Positions 9,597 to 18,803 of a stretch of 64,000 nt of DNA are shown here, one piece after another. Source of the stretch: Candidatus Eiseniibacteriota bacterium (lineage in GTDB: Bacteria > Eisenbacteria > RBG-16-71-46 > CAVPCR01). Where the stretch lies: assembly GCA_963702435.1 (NCBI GenBank), contig CAVPCR010000003.1, positions 160,001 through 224,000 on the forward strand, read 5' to 3'. The translations under genes and the position numbers were made by a program. The notes under the pieces are model-generated. The model was not told where the DNA came from and made no database searches. It worked only from the letters and a program-made list of their open reading frames with translations. Numbering within the stretch: the first letter of the stretch is position 1; each line of letters starts with the position of its first letter.

Positions 9597-12500
9597 GGCG
9601 CGCGCCCGCGCGTGCCGCGGGCGCCACGGGCGACGCGACGAGGGGCGTGAGCCGCTCGACCTCGAGGCTCGCGGCGCCGTGCTGCGCCGTCACGCGCCCC
9701 GTGGCCGACAAGGCGCCGCCCCCCGCGAGCTCACGCGCCGCGCGGCGGAAGACCGCCGGGAAGAGCGTGCATTCGGCGGTGCCGGTCGGATCGTCGAGCG
9801 TGAGAAAGGCCATCGTCTCGCCGTTTTTCGTCGGGGCGGAACGGTGCGCGGCGGCGAGCCCGGCAACGACCACGCGCTCGGCGTGATGCGCGGCGAGCTC
9901 TCCCGCGCCGATCCAGTGCGCTCCGGTCGCGAGCGCTCCGGTGGCGCGTGCGCGCGGCTCTCCCCCGGCGGAGACGAGCTCGAGCGCGCGTGCCGCCGCG
10001 GGCGCGAGCGCCGCCGCCAGCTCCGGCGCGGCGACGAAGAGCGGATGCGCTCGCGGCGAGAAGCCGAGGGCGGCCCACTCGCTAGCGAGCTGCCGTCCCG
10101 GCGCGAGTTCGCGAAGCGCGGGTGGCGGCGCCTCGCCGACCGCCCCGGAGAAGAGCGCGGGCCCCGGGGGCTCGGTCGCCGGCACTTGCTCGGCGCGCGC
10201 CGCCCACAGGAGGCGGCTCCGCGCCATCCCGAGCTCGTCGAGAGCGCCGGCCCGGATGAGCGCCTCCACCTCCGGCGCGGCCGGCCGCACGCGCCGCCGG
10301 AGATCGGCGAGTGACGCGAATGGTCCGTCCGCCGCGCGCGCGGCGAGGAGCGCCGCGGCCGTCGCTGCGGACAGCCCGCCGATCGCGCCGAGCCCGGTAC
10401 GGACCTGCGCGACGCCATCCGCATCCGTCTCCAGCGTGAACTCGAGTGCCGAGCGGGCGAGCGAGGGCAGGAGGACGCGCACGCCGTGGCGCCGCGCGTC
10501 CTCGACGTGGAGCCAGCGCGGGTACATGCCCTGGTGATGGTTGAGCACGGCGCAGGCGAAGGCCGCCGGCTCGTGGACCTTCAGGTACGCGCTCTGGTAG
10601 GCCAGGAGCCCGTAGCCGGAGGCATGCGCGCGCGAGAAGCTGTAGGCCGCGAAGCGCGCCATCTCTTCCCATACGCGGACCGCATCGTCGGGGTCGATGC
10701 CCGCATGCACCGCGCGCGCGACGAACCCGTTGCGGACGAGGCGCATCTCCTCCGGGTTCGCCGCGCCGGCGATCGCCCGGCGGAGCGAATCGGCCGCCGC
10801 CAGGTCGAGTCCCGCCACCGCGGCCGCGATGCTCATCACGTCCTCCTCGTAGAGCGGGATGCCGTGGGTCGCGGCGAGCACCGGCGCGAGCGCGGGATGG
10901 ACGGCGGCCGCGGGCTCGAGCCCGCGCGCGCGCCGCACGAAGCGCTCCTTCATGCCGGAGGAAGCGGGGCCCGGGCGGATGAGGGAGAGCGCATCGACGA
11001 TGTCGCGCACCGAGCGCGGGGCGAGCATCGTGAGGAGCTGGCGCATACCCGGCGACTCGATCTGGAAGCAGCCGAGCGTGTCGCCGGCGGCGAGGAGGCG
11101 CGCCGTCGGCTCATCGTGGTCCGCGGCGCGGTCGAGATCGAGAGGCGGCGCGCCGCGCGCGGCGAGGCGGGCCGCCTCGCCAAGGGTCGCGAGCGCGCGG
11201 TTCCCGAGGAGATCGATCTTGACGAGACCGATCGCGGCGATCGCATCCATCTCGAACTGGGTGACGACGATGCCCTTCGCTGCGCGCTCGAGCGGCACGA
11301 GATCGGCGAGCGGGCGGTCGCCGATCACGACCCCGCCCGGATGGATGCCGAGATGGCGCGGGAGCCCGCAGAGCTCGGCGGTGCCGGCCAGGATGTCGCG
11401 CCACGGCGGCTCGGCCCACGGTTGCTCGCGGAGTCCGGGGCGCGCGCGGACGAGCGCCGCGAGGTCCGCCGCCGCGGCCGTGTGCGGGAGGAGGCGTGCG
11501 AGCCGGTTCACCGCGGCGACCCCGATCCCGTGCGCGCGGGCCGCCTCGCGGAAGGCGGAACGCGGATGGAAGCACGCGTGCGTCGAGATCATGGCGACGC
11601 GATCCTCGCCGTAGGTGCGGTAGACGTGCGCGATCACCCGGTCGCGCCCGCGCCAGTCGAGATCCACGTCGAGATCCGGGAGATCGCCGCCGCGTGCCGC
11701 GGAGAGAAAGCGCTCGAAGTGGAGGCGATGGGCGAGCGGGTCCACGTTCGTGATGCCGAGCGCGTAGGCCACGATCGAGCTCGCGCCGGAGCCGCGGCCG
11801 ACCACGGGGCAGCCCTCGCTCCGCGCATGGGCGACGATGTCGCCCACGATGAGGAAGTAGTCGGCAAAGCCGAGGGCGGCGATCACCTCGAGCTCGCGCA
11901 TCAGGCGGGCGACCGGCGGGCGGGCGAGGGCGCCGTAGCGGTGGCGGAGGCCGGCGAGGCAGCGCTCGAGGAGCATCGGGTAGACCTCGTCCGGTGCCCC
12001 CGCCGGCCGCGGAAAGATGGGCGCCCCGCCCGGGAGCTCCGCCCGGCAATCGGCCGCGAGCTCGGCCGAGCGGGCGAGGAGATCGGCCGCCTCGGCCCCG
12101 AAGCGGCGGGCGAGCGCGTGCGGAGGGGTCGGGCAGGCCGCGGGATCGGCGAGCTCCCGATCCGGGACCGCCGGCGCCAGGCGGCCGCTCCGCGCCGCGG
12201 CGAGGAGCCGGGCCGTCGCCCGTTCCGGCGCCGCGGCGTAGAAAACGGGTGGAGCCGCGAGCGGGGCGACGCCGAGCTTGCGGCCGAGCGCCCGCCCGCG
12301 CTGGAACGCACCGCGATCCGCGGCCGTGGCGGCGATGAGCAGCCAGAGCCGATCGGGCGGGAGCACGGGCTTGAGCATCGCGAGGAGCACGGGATCGACG
12401 GCGAGGACATGCACATCCTCATGCTCGGCGGCGAGCGCCGGCACGAGCGCGAAGGCCGGATCGAGATGGCGGCGGGTGACGAGGCGAGCGAGCGTGCGAT

Positions 12501-12780
12501 AGCCCGCCGCTCCGCGGGCGAGGAGGACGGCGACCGGCGCCGCGCCGTCCGCTGCCGCAGCCGCCGGCTCGTCGAGCTCGACGCCGAGGATCGGCGCCAG
12601 CCCCGCCGCCCGCGCCGCGCCGGCGAAACGGACCGCCGCGTAGAGGTTGTTCCGATCGGTGAGAGCGAGCGTGTCGTAGCCGGCCGCGCGCACGGCGGCC
12701 GCCAGGCGCTCGGGCGACGCGGTGCCGCGGAGCAGCGAGTAGCTACTTCGTGAGTGAAGGGGTGCGCAGAACGAACCCAT
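9559..12780 (-). CDS. dnaE2: Error-prone DNA polymerase III alpha subunit (DnaE2/ImuC-like)
   Basis: PHP start HSRSSYSLL, ALTDRNNLY, GRGSGASS, PDLDVD, HPGGVV, KIDLLG, FSRAHA, C-terminal OB fold; coupled to a Y-family polymerase gene. Confidence 0.93.
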   Translation of the reverse strand: MGSFCAPLHSRSSYSLLRGTASPERLAAAVRAAGYDTLALTDRNNLYAAVRFAGAARAAGLAPILGVELDEPAAAAADGAAPVAVLLARGAAGYRTLARLVTRRHLDPAFALVPALAAEHEDVHVLAVDPVLLAMLKPVLPPDRLWLLIAATAADRGAFQRGRALGRKLGVAPLAAPPVFYAAAPERATARLLAAARSGRLAPAVPDRELADPAACPTPPHALARRFGAEAADLLARSAELAADCRAELPGGAPIFPRPAGAPDEVYPMLLERCLAGLRHRYGALARPPVARLMRELEVIAALGFADYFLIVGDIVAHARSEGCPVVGRGSGASSIVAYALGITNVDPLAHRLHFERFLSAARGGDLPDLDVDLDWRGRDRVIAHVYRTYGEDRVAMISTHACFHPRSAFREAARAHGIGVAAVNRLARLLPHTAAAADLAALVRARPGLREQPWAEPPWRDILAGTAELCGLPRHLGIHPGGVVIGDRPLADLVPLERAAKGIVVTQFEMDAIAAIGLVKIDLLGNRALATLGEAARLAARGAPPLDLDRAADHDEPTARLLAAGDTLGCFQIESPGMRQLLTMLAPRSVRDIVDALSLIRPGPASSGMKERFVRRARGLEPAAAVHPALAPVLAATHGIPLYEEDVMSIAAAVAGLDLAAADSLRRAIAGAANPEEMRLVRNGFVARAVHAGIDPDDAVRVWEEMARFAAYSFSRAHASGYGLLAYQSAYLKVHEPAAFACAVLNHHQGMYPRWLHVEDARRHGVRVLLPSLARSALEFTLETDADGVAQVRTGLGAIGGLSAATAAALLAARAADGPFASLADLRRRVRPAAPEVEALIRAGALDELGMARSRLLWAARAEQVPATEPPGPALFSGAVGEAPPPALRELAPGRQLASEWAALGFSPRAHPLFVAAPELAAALAPAAARALELVSAGGEPRARATGALATGAHWIGAGELAAHHAERVVVAGLAAAHRSAPTKNGETMAFLTLDDPTGTAECTLFPAVFRRAARELAGGGALSATGRVTAQHGAASLEVERLTPLVASPVAPAARAGARPISRSPAAGSGS

Positions 12781-13960
12781 GGCGATCCCGGGCGTGGCCG
12801 TCGAGGAGCGCGAGCGCGCGACCGGCGATGAGCGCTCCGTGCCCGTAGCGATCGCGGACGCGGTCGACACCGCCGGCGAGCTCGGCCTCGCGTTCGCGCG
12901 CGACGAGGAGATCGAGCTGCTCGCCGCCGTCGGCGAGAAAGCCGGCGAGCTCGACACCGACCCGGCGGAGCGCGAGCCGGCGCGGGTGCGCGCGGGCGAG
13001 GAGGGCGCGGGCCGCGGCGACCAGAACGCCGTCGAGAGCGCTCGGTGCGGCGAGCGTAGCGTGCGCCGCCACGCGCCGCTCGCCGTCCGGCTCGACGCCG
13101 ACGGCGATCGTGCGGGCGACGAGCCCGAGGCGTCGCGTCGCGCGGGCGGCCCGCTCGACCAGGTAGCCGAGCATGGCGTCGACGAGCGCCGGATCGGCGG
13201 CCGGCGTCTCGAAGCTCGTCTCGCGCGCGATCGAGCGCGGGATCTCGCGCGGCGAGACGGGCCGCGTGTCGCGGCCGGAGGCGCGTTCATGGAGGAGGCG
13301 GCCGGGCGCACCGAGGAGGCGCTCGAGCGGGCCCGCGCCCATGGCGGCGACGTCGGCGATGGTCTCGAGCCCGAGCGACTCGAGGAGCTCCGCGGTGCGC
13401 GGTCCGATCCCCGGAAGATCGGCGAGCGGGCGGCCGTGGAGAAAGGCCGCCTCCTCCCCCGGCGGGACGAGCGCGAGACCGTCGGGTTTGGCGCCGCGGC
13501 TCGCGAGACGCGCGATCATGCGGCTCGAGCCGATGCCGGCCGTGATCGCGAGACCGGTCGCGGTGCGCACGCGCGCGCGGAGGAGCCGGCCGAAGGCGAG
13601 GAGGTCGGGGTAGAGGCGCTCGGTCCCGGTGAGGTCGAGATAGGCATCGTCGAGGTAGGTGTCCACGGCCGGGGCGAGGTCGCGACACACGGCGAAGACA
13701 CGATCGGCGAAGGCGCGGTAAGTCGGTGCGTGCCCGGCCAGGATGACGGCATCCGGGCACCGGCGGCGAGCCTCGTGGAGCGGCGTGCCCGCGCGGAGGC
13801 CGCGGCGGCGCGCCTCGTACGAGCAGCTCGCGATGACGCCGGTGCCGACGATCACCGGCCGCCCGCGCAGCCGCGGATCCTTGAGCTGCTCGACGGCGGC
13901 GAAGAAGGCGTCGATGTCGGCGTGCACGATGCGGCGTGCGTCCGCTCCCCCGCGTGGCAT
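12743..13960 (-). CDS. dinB: Y-family DNA polymerase (DinB/Pol IV-like)
   Basis: HADIDAFFAAVEQ, SCSYEARRRG, YLDDAYLD, AKPDG, LPGIG, clamp-binding QLDLL. Confidence 0.93.
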   Translation of the reverse strand: MPRGGADARRIVHADIDAFFAAVEQLKDPRLRGRPVIVGTGVIASCSYEARRRGLRAGTPLHEARRRCPDAVILAGHAPTYRAFADRVFAVCRDLAPAVDTYLDDAYLDLTGTERLYPDLLAFGRLLRARVRTATGLAITAGIGSSRMIARLASRGAKPDGLALVPPGEEAAFLHGRPLADLPGIGPRTAELLESLGLETIADVAAMGAGPLERLLGAPGRLLHERASGRDTRPVSPREIPRSIARETSFETPAADPALVDAMLGYLVERAARATRRLGLVARTIAVGVEPDGERRVAAHATLAAPSALDGVLVAAARALLARAHPRRLALRRVGVELAGFLADGGEQLDLLVAREREAELAGGVDRVRDRYGHGALIAGRALALLDGHARDRHGFVLRTPSLTK

Positions 13961-14214
13961 CACGCCTCCATCATCACCGAGTCGGCGAACCAGAGCAGAT
14001 CGCCGGCCTGGAAGCGCAGCTGGTAGACGTCGCCCGAGCCCACGCTCACCGAGAAGTAATGGATCTTCTGCTGCCCCTCGCGATCCTCCCAGCGCGCATT
14101 CACCGCGACCACCCGATGACTCGTCGCGCCGCGGCGGAAGAGGAGGGGCCGGATCGTGCCGCCCTGGAAGTCGGCGCGCACCTTGACCGGCTCGTCGAGC
14201 CGCTCGATCAACAT
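13960..14214 (-). CDS. Small ImuB-C/DUF6504-like protein
   Basis: 84 aa with P..F......H.V..V...W.......HYF.V....G..Y.L......W pattern; TGATG overlap with dinB; SD AAGGGGTGA. Confidence 0.8.
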   Translation of the reverse strand: MLIERLDEPVKVRADFQGGTIRPLLFRRGATSHRVVAVNARWEDREGQQKIHYFSVSVGSGDVYQLRFQAGDLLWFADSVMMEA

Positions 14215-14400
14215 CGAACGTCACCCCTTCGCTTCGACCCGGGCCCCCCCGCGGGCAAGCGGGGCGGCGCGGGCCGGCTTTCGTTCCCGGAGATGTCGCC
14301 GGCCGGGTGGCGCGATCGCCGGTCGCCGGCCGGATGGTGCGCGGGTGGGGCGGCCGGGGACTTGAAGGCCGGCCCACCCGTCCGGGGGGATGACCGATCC

Positions 14401-14429
14401 ATGGTACACCGCATATGTTTAGTAGTCAA
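14401..14429 (-). promoter_or_regulatory. sigma70-type promoter of the mutagenesis cassette, with a possible operator in the spacer
   Basis: TTGACT-17 nt-TACCAT on the minus strand; AT-rich spacer with CATATG dyad. Confidence 0.75.
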
Positions 14430-14497
14430 GCATCGCGGAAAGACCGGGATCCAAGCATCGAGGAAAGACCGCCACATCAAGCATCGAGGAAGAAACG
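14427..14497. repeat. Three ~20-bp direct repeats, period 25-26 bp
   Basis: CAAGCATCG(C/A)GGAA(AGACCG/GAAACG) at 14427, 14452 and 14478. Confidence 0.85.
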
Positions 14498-14629
14498 GGC
14501 GTCCCTGCCCCAATCCGAGATCAAGACCCGCTGCCCGCCGGCCGATGCATGGAGAGAGCACGCCCCCGCCCGGGGCGCACCGAGAGCGGCGCCGACCCCC
14601 GGTGCCCGCAGCCGGCAAGGAGGTCAGCG

Positions 14630-15463
14630 ATGAAGCCCGGTCAGCCCGTCGTGATCCATCCCGATGCCCAGATCGAGCCTTCTCCCATCAACGGCAAGGT
14701 GGCGCTCGTCGCGGGCGAGGAAGTGGTGGTGGATCTCGACCAGCCGCGCCGCGGCCTGTTCAGCGCCCGCCTCCCGGTCGGGCTCAGCTACCGCGACGAG
14801 ACCGGCGAGCAACACGTGACGGCCCGGGTCGTCGGCATGCAGGGCGCCGAGCGGCTCATCATCAGCGTGCCGGCGCCGGGGCAGCGCCCCGAGGATCAGC
14901 GCCGCCACGTGCGCGTCGAGCATCTCGTGCGCCTCGAGTACCAGGTGCTCGCGCCCGACGAGGTGGACGAGGTGCGCGCCCAGGTGCTCGACGGTCCGCG
15001 CATCCTCAAGTACGAGTGGCAGCCCGCACCGCCGCCGGCGGCCGCCGGGGCCGAGAACGAGCCGGTCGCACCGGAGTGGGTGGACACGCCGGAGAACGAG
15101 CGGCTCGCCCGTATCGAACGCAAGCTCGATCTCCTCCTCGATCGGCTCGGTATCGAAGCGCTCCGCACGACCGAGCGGCCCTTCGTCAACGTGAACCTGT
15201 CGGCGAGCGGCATCCGCTTCCGTGACTTCCAGCGCCGCCTCCAGGCGGGTGACATGGTCTACGTCTGCTTCGAGCTGCCGCTCAGCCCGACCGTCGAGAT
15301 CGCGGCGATCGCCGAGGCGCTCTACATCGTCGAGCCCGTGCGCCAGTCGAACCTGTCGGCGGGGCGCGACGTGGTGCTCGACTTCCGCGTCATCAAGGAC
15401 GATTCGCGGGCGCTGATCGAGCGCTACTGCCAATCGCATCTCGCCATCCGGCGGAGCGCCTGA
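14630..15463 (+). CDS. PilZ-domain protein (YcgR/flagellar-brake-like architecture)
   Basis: QRRHVR (RxxxR) and NLSASG (D/NxSxxG) c-di-GMP motifs; SD AAGGAGGT. Confidence 0.85.
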   Translation: MKPGQPVVIHPDAQIEPSPINGKVALVAGEEVVVDLDQPRRGLFSARLPVGLSYRDETGEQHVTARVVGMQGAERLIISVPAPGQRPEDQRRHVRVEHLVRLEYQVLAPDEVDEVRAQVLDGPRILKYEWQPAPPPAAAGAENEPVAPEWVDTPENERLARIERKLDLLLDRLGIEALRTTERPFVNVNLSASGIRFRDFQRRLQAGDMVYVCFELPLSPTVEIAAIAEALYIVEPVRQSNLSAGRDVVLDFRVIKDDSRALIERYCQSHLAIRRSA

Positions 15464-15493
15464 GAGCGGCGCCGACCGCGCCCCGACCCCGCG

Positions 15494-16132
15494 CTACGGA
15501 ATCCCGAGGAGCTTGTGCGTCTGCAGGCTGAGCCGCCACTCGGGATGCGCGAGGCAGTAGACGAGCGCAGCCTCCGTGTTGGCGGCGAGCTCCGGGCCGG
15601 CGATGGGTTGCAGGAAGTAGTGCGCGAAGGCGAGGCCGGAGAGGCCTGCCGGTGACAGCCCCGGCTGCGGGAACGCGAGCTTCAGTTCGTGGCCCGCGGT
15701 GACGGCCAGCGGCGCGCCGGCCTTCGGGCTCACGGTGAGCCAGTCCACCCCGGCGGGCACCGGGAGCGTGCCGTTCGTCTCGACCGCGACCTCGAAGCCC
15801 GCATCGTGGCAGGCGGCGACGAGCGCCGCGTCGAGCTGCAGGAGCGGTTCGCCCCCGGTGAACACGACGTAGCGGCGGCCGCGCGTCGACCCGGCGGGCC
15901 AGGCGGCGGCGAGGGCTGCCACGAGCTCCGCTCCGGTGAACGTGCCGCCCCCCGTGCCGTCGGTGCCGACGAAGTCGGTGTCGCAGAAGCCGCAGGCGGC
16001 GCTCTCCCGATCCGCCTCCTGCCCCGACCACAGGTTGCAGCCGGCGAAGCGACAGAATACTGCGGCCCGTCCGGCGCGGGCTCCCTCTCCCTGCAGGGTG
16101 TAGACGATCTCCTTGACGGCGTAGCGCGCCAT
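15494..16132 (-). CDS. queE: 7-carboxy-7-deazaguanine synthase (Cx14Cx2C radical SAM type)
   Basis: KEIVYTLQGEG, CNLWSG...CGFCDTDF, TGGEPLLQ, ETNGT, SLQTHK. Confidence 0.95.
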   Translation of the reverse strand: MARYAVKEIVYTLQGEGARAGRAAVFCRFAGCNLWSGQEADRESAACGFCDTDFVGTDGTGGGTFTGAELVAALAAAWPAGSTRGRRYVVFTGGEPLLQLDAALVAACHDAGFEVAVETNGTLPVPAGVDWLTVSPKAGAPLAVTAGHELKLAFPQPGLSPAGLSGLAFAHYFLQPIAGPELAANTEAALVYCLAHPEWRLSLQTHKLLGIP

Positions 16133-16211
16133 GAGCTGCACCCCTGGGCGAGCGAATGCGATCCGGCGGTACGCCCGGCCGGACGACCGGCGCCGCGGGG
16201 CTTGCGTTCCG

Positions 16212-17306
16212 CTACGGGAGGAGCACCACCTTGCCGCAGTCGCGGTCCGGGGTCGTCATCATGTGCACGGCCTTCTCGACATCCTCGAGCGGCATCGTGT
16301 GCGTGATGACGGGGGTCGGGTCGAAGGCGCCGGACTCGAGGAGCCCCGCCATCTGCACCCAGGTGTCGAACATGAGCCGGCCGTTGATGCCGATGATGCG
16401 GGCGCCCTTGAAGATCACGTCGCGGCCGAGGTCGATCTCGATCGGGCCGGGCGGGATGCCGAAGGCCGTGAAGCGACCGCCCTTGGTCACTACCTCGAGC
16501 CCCTGGCGGATGGCCTCGGCGGCGCCGCTCATCTCGAGGACGACGTCGGCGCCGTGGCCATCGGTGAGGTCGCGGATCGCCTCGACTGCGTTCACCTGGT
16601 CCACGTGCAGGACCGAATCGGCGCCCATGGCCAGGGCGAGCTTGCGCGAGTACTCCTGCTTGATGGTCATGATGACCTGACGGGCACCCGAGGCCTTGGC
16701 GATCCCGATCGACCACAGCCCGATCGGCCCGCCGCCGAGAACGACGACGCGCTTGCCGACGACCGGCTCGGCGAGGGTCGCGTACACGGCGTTTCCGAGG
16801 GGCTCCATGATCGAGGCCACCTCGGGCTTCATGTCGGGCGGGTTCTTCCAGGCGCAGATCGCCGGGAGCGCCAGGTACTCGGCGAAGCTGCCCTGGATGT
16901 CGACGCCCAGGATCTTGAGATTCGCGCAGATGTGGCGCTGGCCGGTGCGGCATTGCGGGCACATCTCGCACGGGATGTGGCTCTCCGCGGAGACGAAGTC
17001 GTCGACGGCGAGACCGGTCACATCGCGTCCCACCTCGACGATCGTGCCGCACAGCTCATGGCCGACGATGATCGGCGGATGCAGGCGATGGGAGGCCCAG
17101 TAGTCCCAAGCATGGATGTGAGTGTCGGTCCCGCACACCGACGTCGCCCGCACCTGGATCAGGATCTCGCGCGGTCCGATCGTGGGGATGGGCGCGGTGC
17201 CCATCTCGAAACCGGGAGCGGGCTTCCGCTTCCACACCGCCCGCATGGTCTCGCGCGTCCCCGGCCGCCCTGCCTCTCGCTGCTTCATCGTTCCTGCCGT
17301 GACCAT
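16212..17306 (-). CDS. tdh: L-threonine 3-dehydrogenase (Zn-dependent MDR family)
   Basis: VCGTDTHI..WD.WA, GHE, VSAESHIPC..C..C......C, GGGPIG, EMSG, GINGR.MFDTW, GKVVL. Confidence 0.92.
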   Translation of the reverse strand: MVTAGTMKQREAGRPGTRETMRAVWKRKPAPGFEMGTAPIPTIGPREILIQVRATSVCGTDTHIHAWDYWASHRLHPPIIVGHELCGTIVEVGRDVTGLAVDDFVSAESHIPCEMCPQCRTGQRHICANLKILGVDIQGSFAEYLALPAICAWKNPPDMKPEVASIMEPLGNAVYATLAEPVVGKRVVVLGGGPIGLWSIGIAKASGARQVIMTIKQEYSRKLALAMGADSVLHVDQVNAVEAIRDLTDGHGADVVLEMSGAAEAIRQGLEVVTKGGRFTAFGIPPGPIEIDLGRDVIFKGARIIGINGRLMFDTWVQMAGLLESGAFDPTPVITHTMPLEDVEKAVHMMTTPDRDCGKVVLLP

Positions 17307-17376
17307 GGCACTCCTCCCCCGTCCTGCGGCTCCGCCTCGGCCGTGCGCTGCGCACAGCGACCGAATCCAGCCGCGG

Positions 17377-17405
17377 ATCATCGCACCGCGGCGAGAGGCT
17401 GTCAA
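17377..17405 (-). promoter_or_regulatory. sigma70-type promoter of tdh
   Basis: TTGACA-17 nt-GATGAT with TG at the extended -10 position. Confidence 0.6.
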
Positions 17406-17474
17406 GAAAAGCGGGCGCGCGGCGTGGCGGGTCGCGTCACAACGGGCGCGGGCGCAGAGCGGGCCGCGGCGGCA

Positions 17475-18776
17475 TCACTCGACGACGCGGCCGACCGGCA
17501 CGCGCTCGCGCGCGCTCAGCGAGATGCCGAGCCGGAAGAAGCGCTCGCTCGCTCCGTTCTTCTCGCGGTCGCCGCGGAACCCGAGCTCGAGGGCGACCTG
17601 CACCATGCCGAAAGTGTCGGCGAACGGGAGGCCGGCGCCGGCGCTCACGACGTGCTCGTTGATCTCCTGGCCGTAGCCGTCCCGGAAGTACCAGGGGGTG
17701 TAGGAATAGCCGCCGCGCCACGGCATGCGCGCCCAGATGTTCCGCGTCTCGAGGGCGCGGTCGCGCTGGTACTCGGCCCCGATTCCGAAACGCGTCACGT
17801 CGCGCGTCTCGATGTTCGAGCGCGTGAGCAGTGGATCGTCTCCGAGATCCAGATCGGTCGATCCCCACCAGGTGTGGCCGATGTCGGCGGCCACCCGCCA
17901 GCGGGGGTTGAGGTCGTAGGCCGCGCCGAGGAGGAGCGCCGCCGGGAGGTGGAGATCCGCATCGGTCACCGAGCGCGGATCCTGGATGTTGCCCTTGATC
18001 TCCGAGCGGATGCCGATGTCGCGGCCGAAGGTGAAGGCGCCGCCGAGCCGCAGCCCGCGGCGCACGGTGCCCGCCACGCCGAGACGCAGGACGGGGCTCC
18101 GGTCCACATTCACGATGAGCGAGTCCCGCGTGTTCACGTACCCTTCGCCCGGCACGAAGGTGGTCGAGTAGATGTCGTTGTAGGAGCCGATCGGCAAGTC
18201 CAGATCGATGCCGATATCGAGCCGGGGGCGGATCCGGCGCGCGAAGCCGAACGTGAGCACGCTCAGCGCATCGTCGCCCGTGAATGTCTCCGTCACCGGC
18301 ACGCTGCCCGACTGGTCGAAGTTCACGAACTCGTAGTCGACGATCGTGTAGGGAGCGACGCCGAGGCCGAAGGTGCCGACGGTCGGCACCTCGACACCGA
18401 GACGGAACCAGGGGAAACCCGTGGAGTGGGCCGAGTAGTCCTCGCCGTTCCAGTCTGCGGTGCTCAGTCGCTCGAGGATCATCTCGCCGTGGACGACGAA
18501 CCCCCTGACGTCGGCGAGCGTGGCCGGGTTGGCCCGGCTCACGTTCCAGCGATCGGCGACGGCGACCGAGACCCCGCCCATGCCGCGCCCGCGCATGTCG
18601 GTCATGGGCGCCAGCTCGCCGAGCGCCTGCGCCGAGAAGATCGAGTCCGCAGCGGCGCCCGGGGCGCGCAGGACCGCGAGGAGGACGAGGAGGACGAGGG
18701 AGTGGAGGAAGAGGATCGCACGGTGGCGCGCGCCGGCCGCCGGCTCCCGTCGCGTCCAGTTCATGGGCATCAGCAT
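17475..18776 (-). CDS. Outer-membrane beta-barrel (FadL/OmpP1-like)
   Basis: Signal peptide, RGRGMGG...NPA hatch motif, amphipathic beta strands, C-terminal ERFFRLGISLS. Confidence 0.8.
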   Translation of the reverse strand: MLMPMNWTRREPAAGARHRAILFLHSLVLLVLLAVLRAPGAAADSIFSAQALGELAPMTDMRGRGMGGVSVAVADRWNVSRANPATLADVRGFVVHGEMILERLSTADWNGEDYSAHSTGFPWFRLGVEVPTVGTFGLGVAPYTIVDYEFVNFDQSGSVPVTETFTGDDALSVLTFGFARRIRPRLDIGIDLDLPIGSYNDIYSTTFVPGEGYVNTRDSLIVNVDRSPVLRLGVAGTVRRGLRLGGAFTFGRDIGIRSEIKGNIQDPRSVTDADLHLPAALLLGAAYDLNPRWRVAADIGHTWWGSTDLDLGDDPLLTRSNIETRDVTRFGIGAEYQRDRALETRNIWARMPWRGGYSYTPWYFRDGYGQEINEHVVSAGAGLPFADTFGMVQVALELGFRGDREKNGASERFFRLGISLSARERVPVGRVVE

Positions 18777-18803
18777 CGAGAGAGTCTCTCCCCGACCGGC
18801 GGC

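Noticed and set aside
12781..13311. N-terminal extension of dnaE2 in the ORF track
   Set aside because: Overlaps dinB; the PHP domain starts right after ATG 12780.
14427..14497. Possible mini-CRISPR array (also considered for 34597-34710 and 51014-51087)
   Set aside because: Spacers absent or only 5-6 nt, at most four units, and no cas genes in the window.
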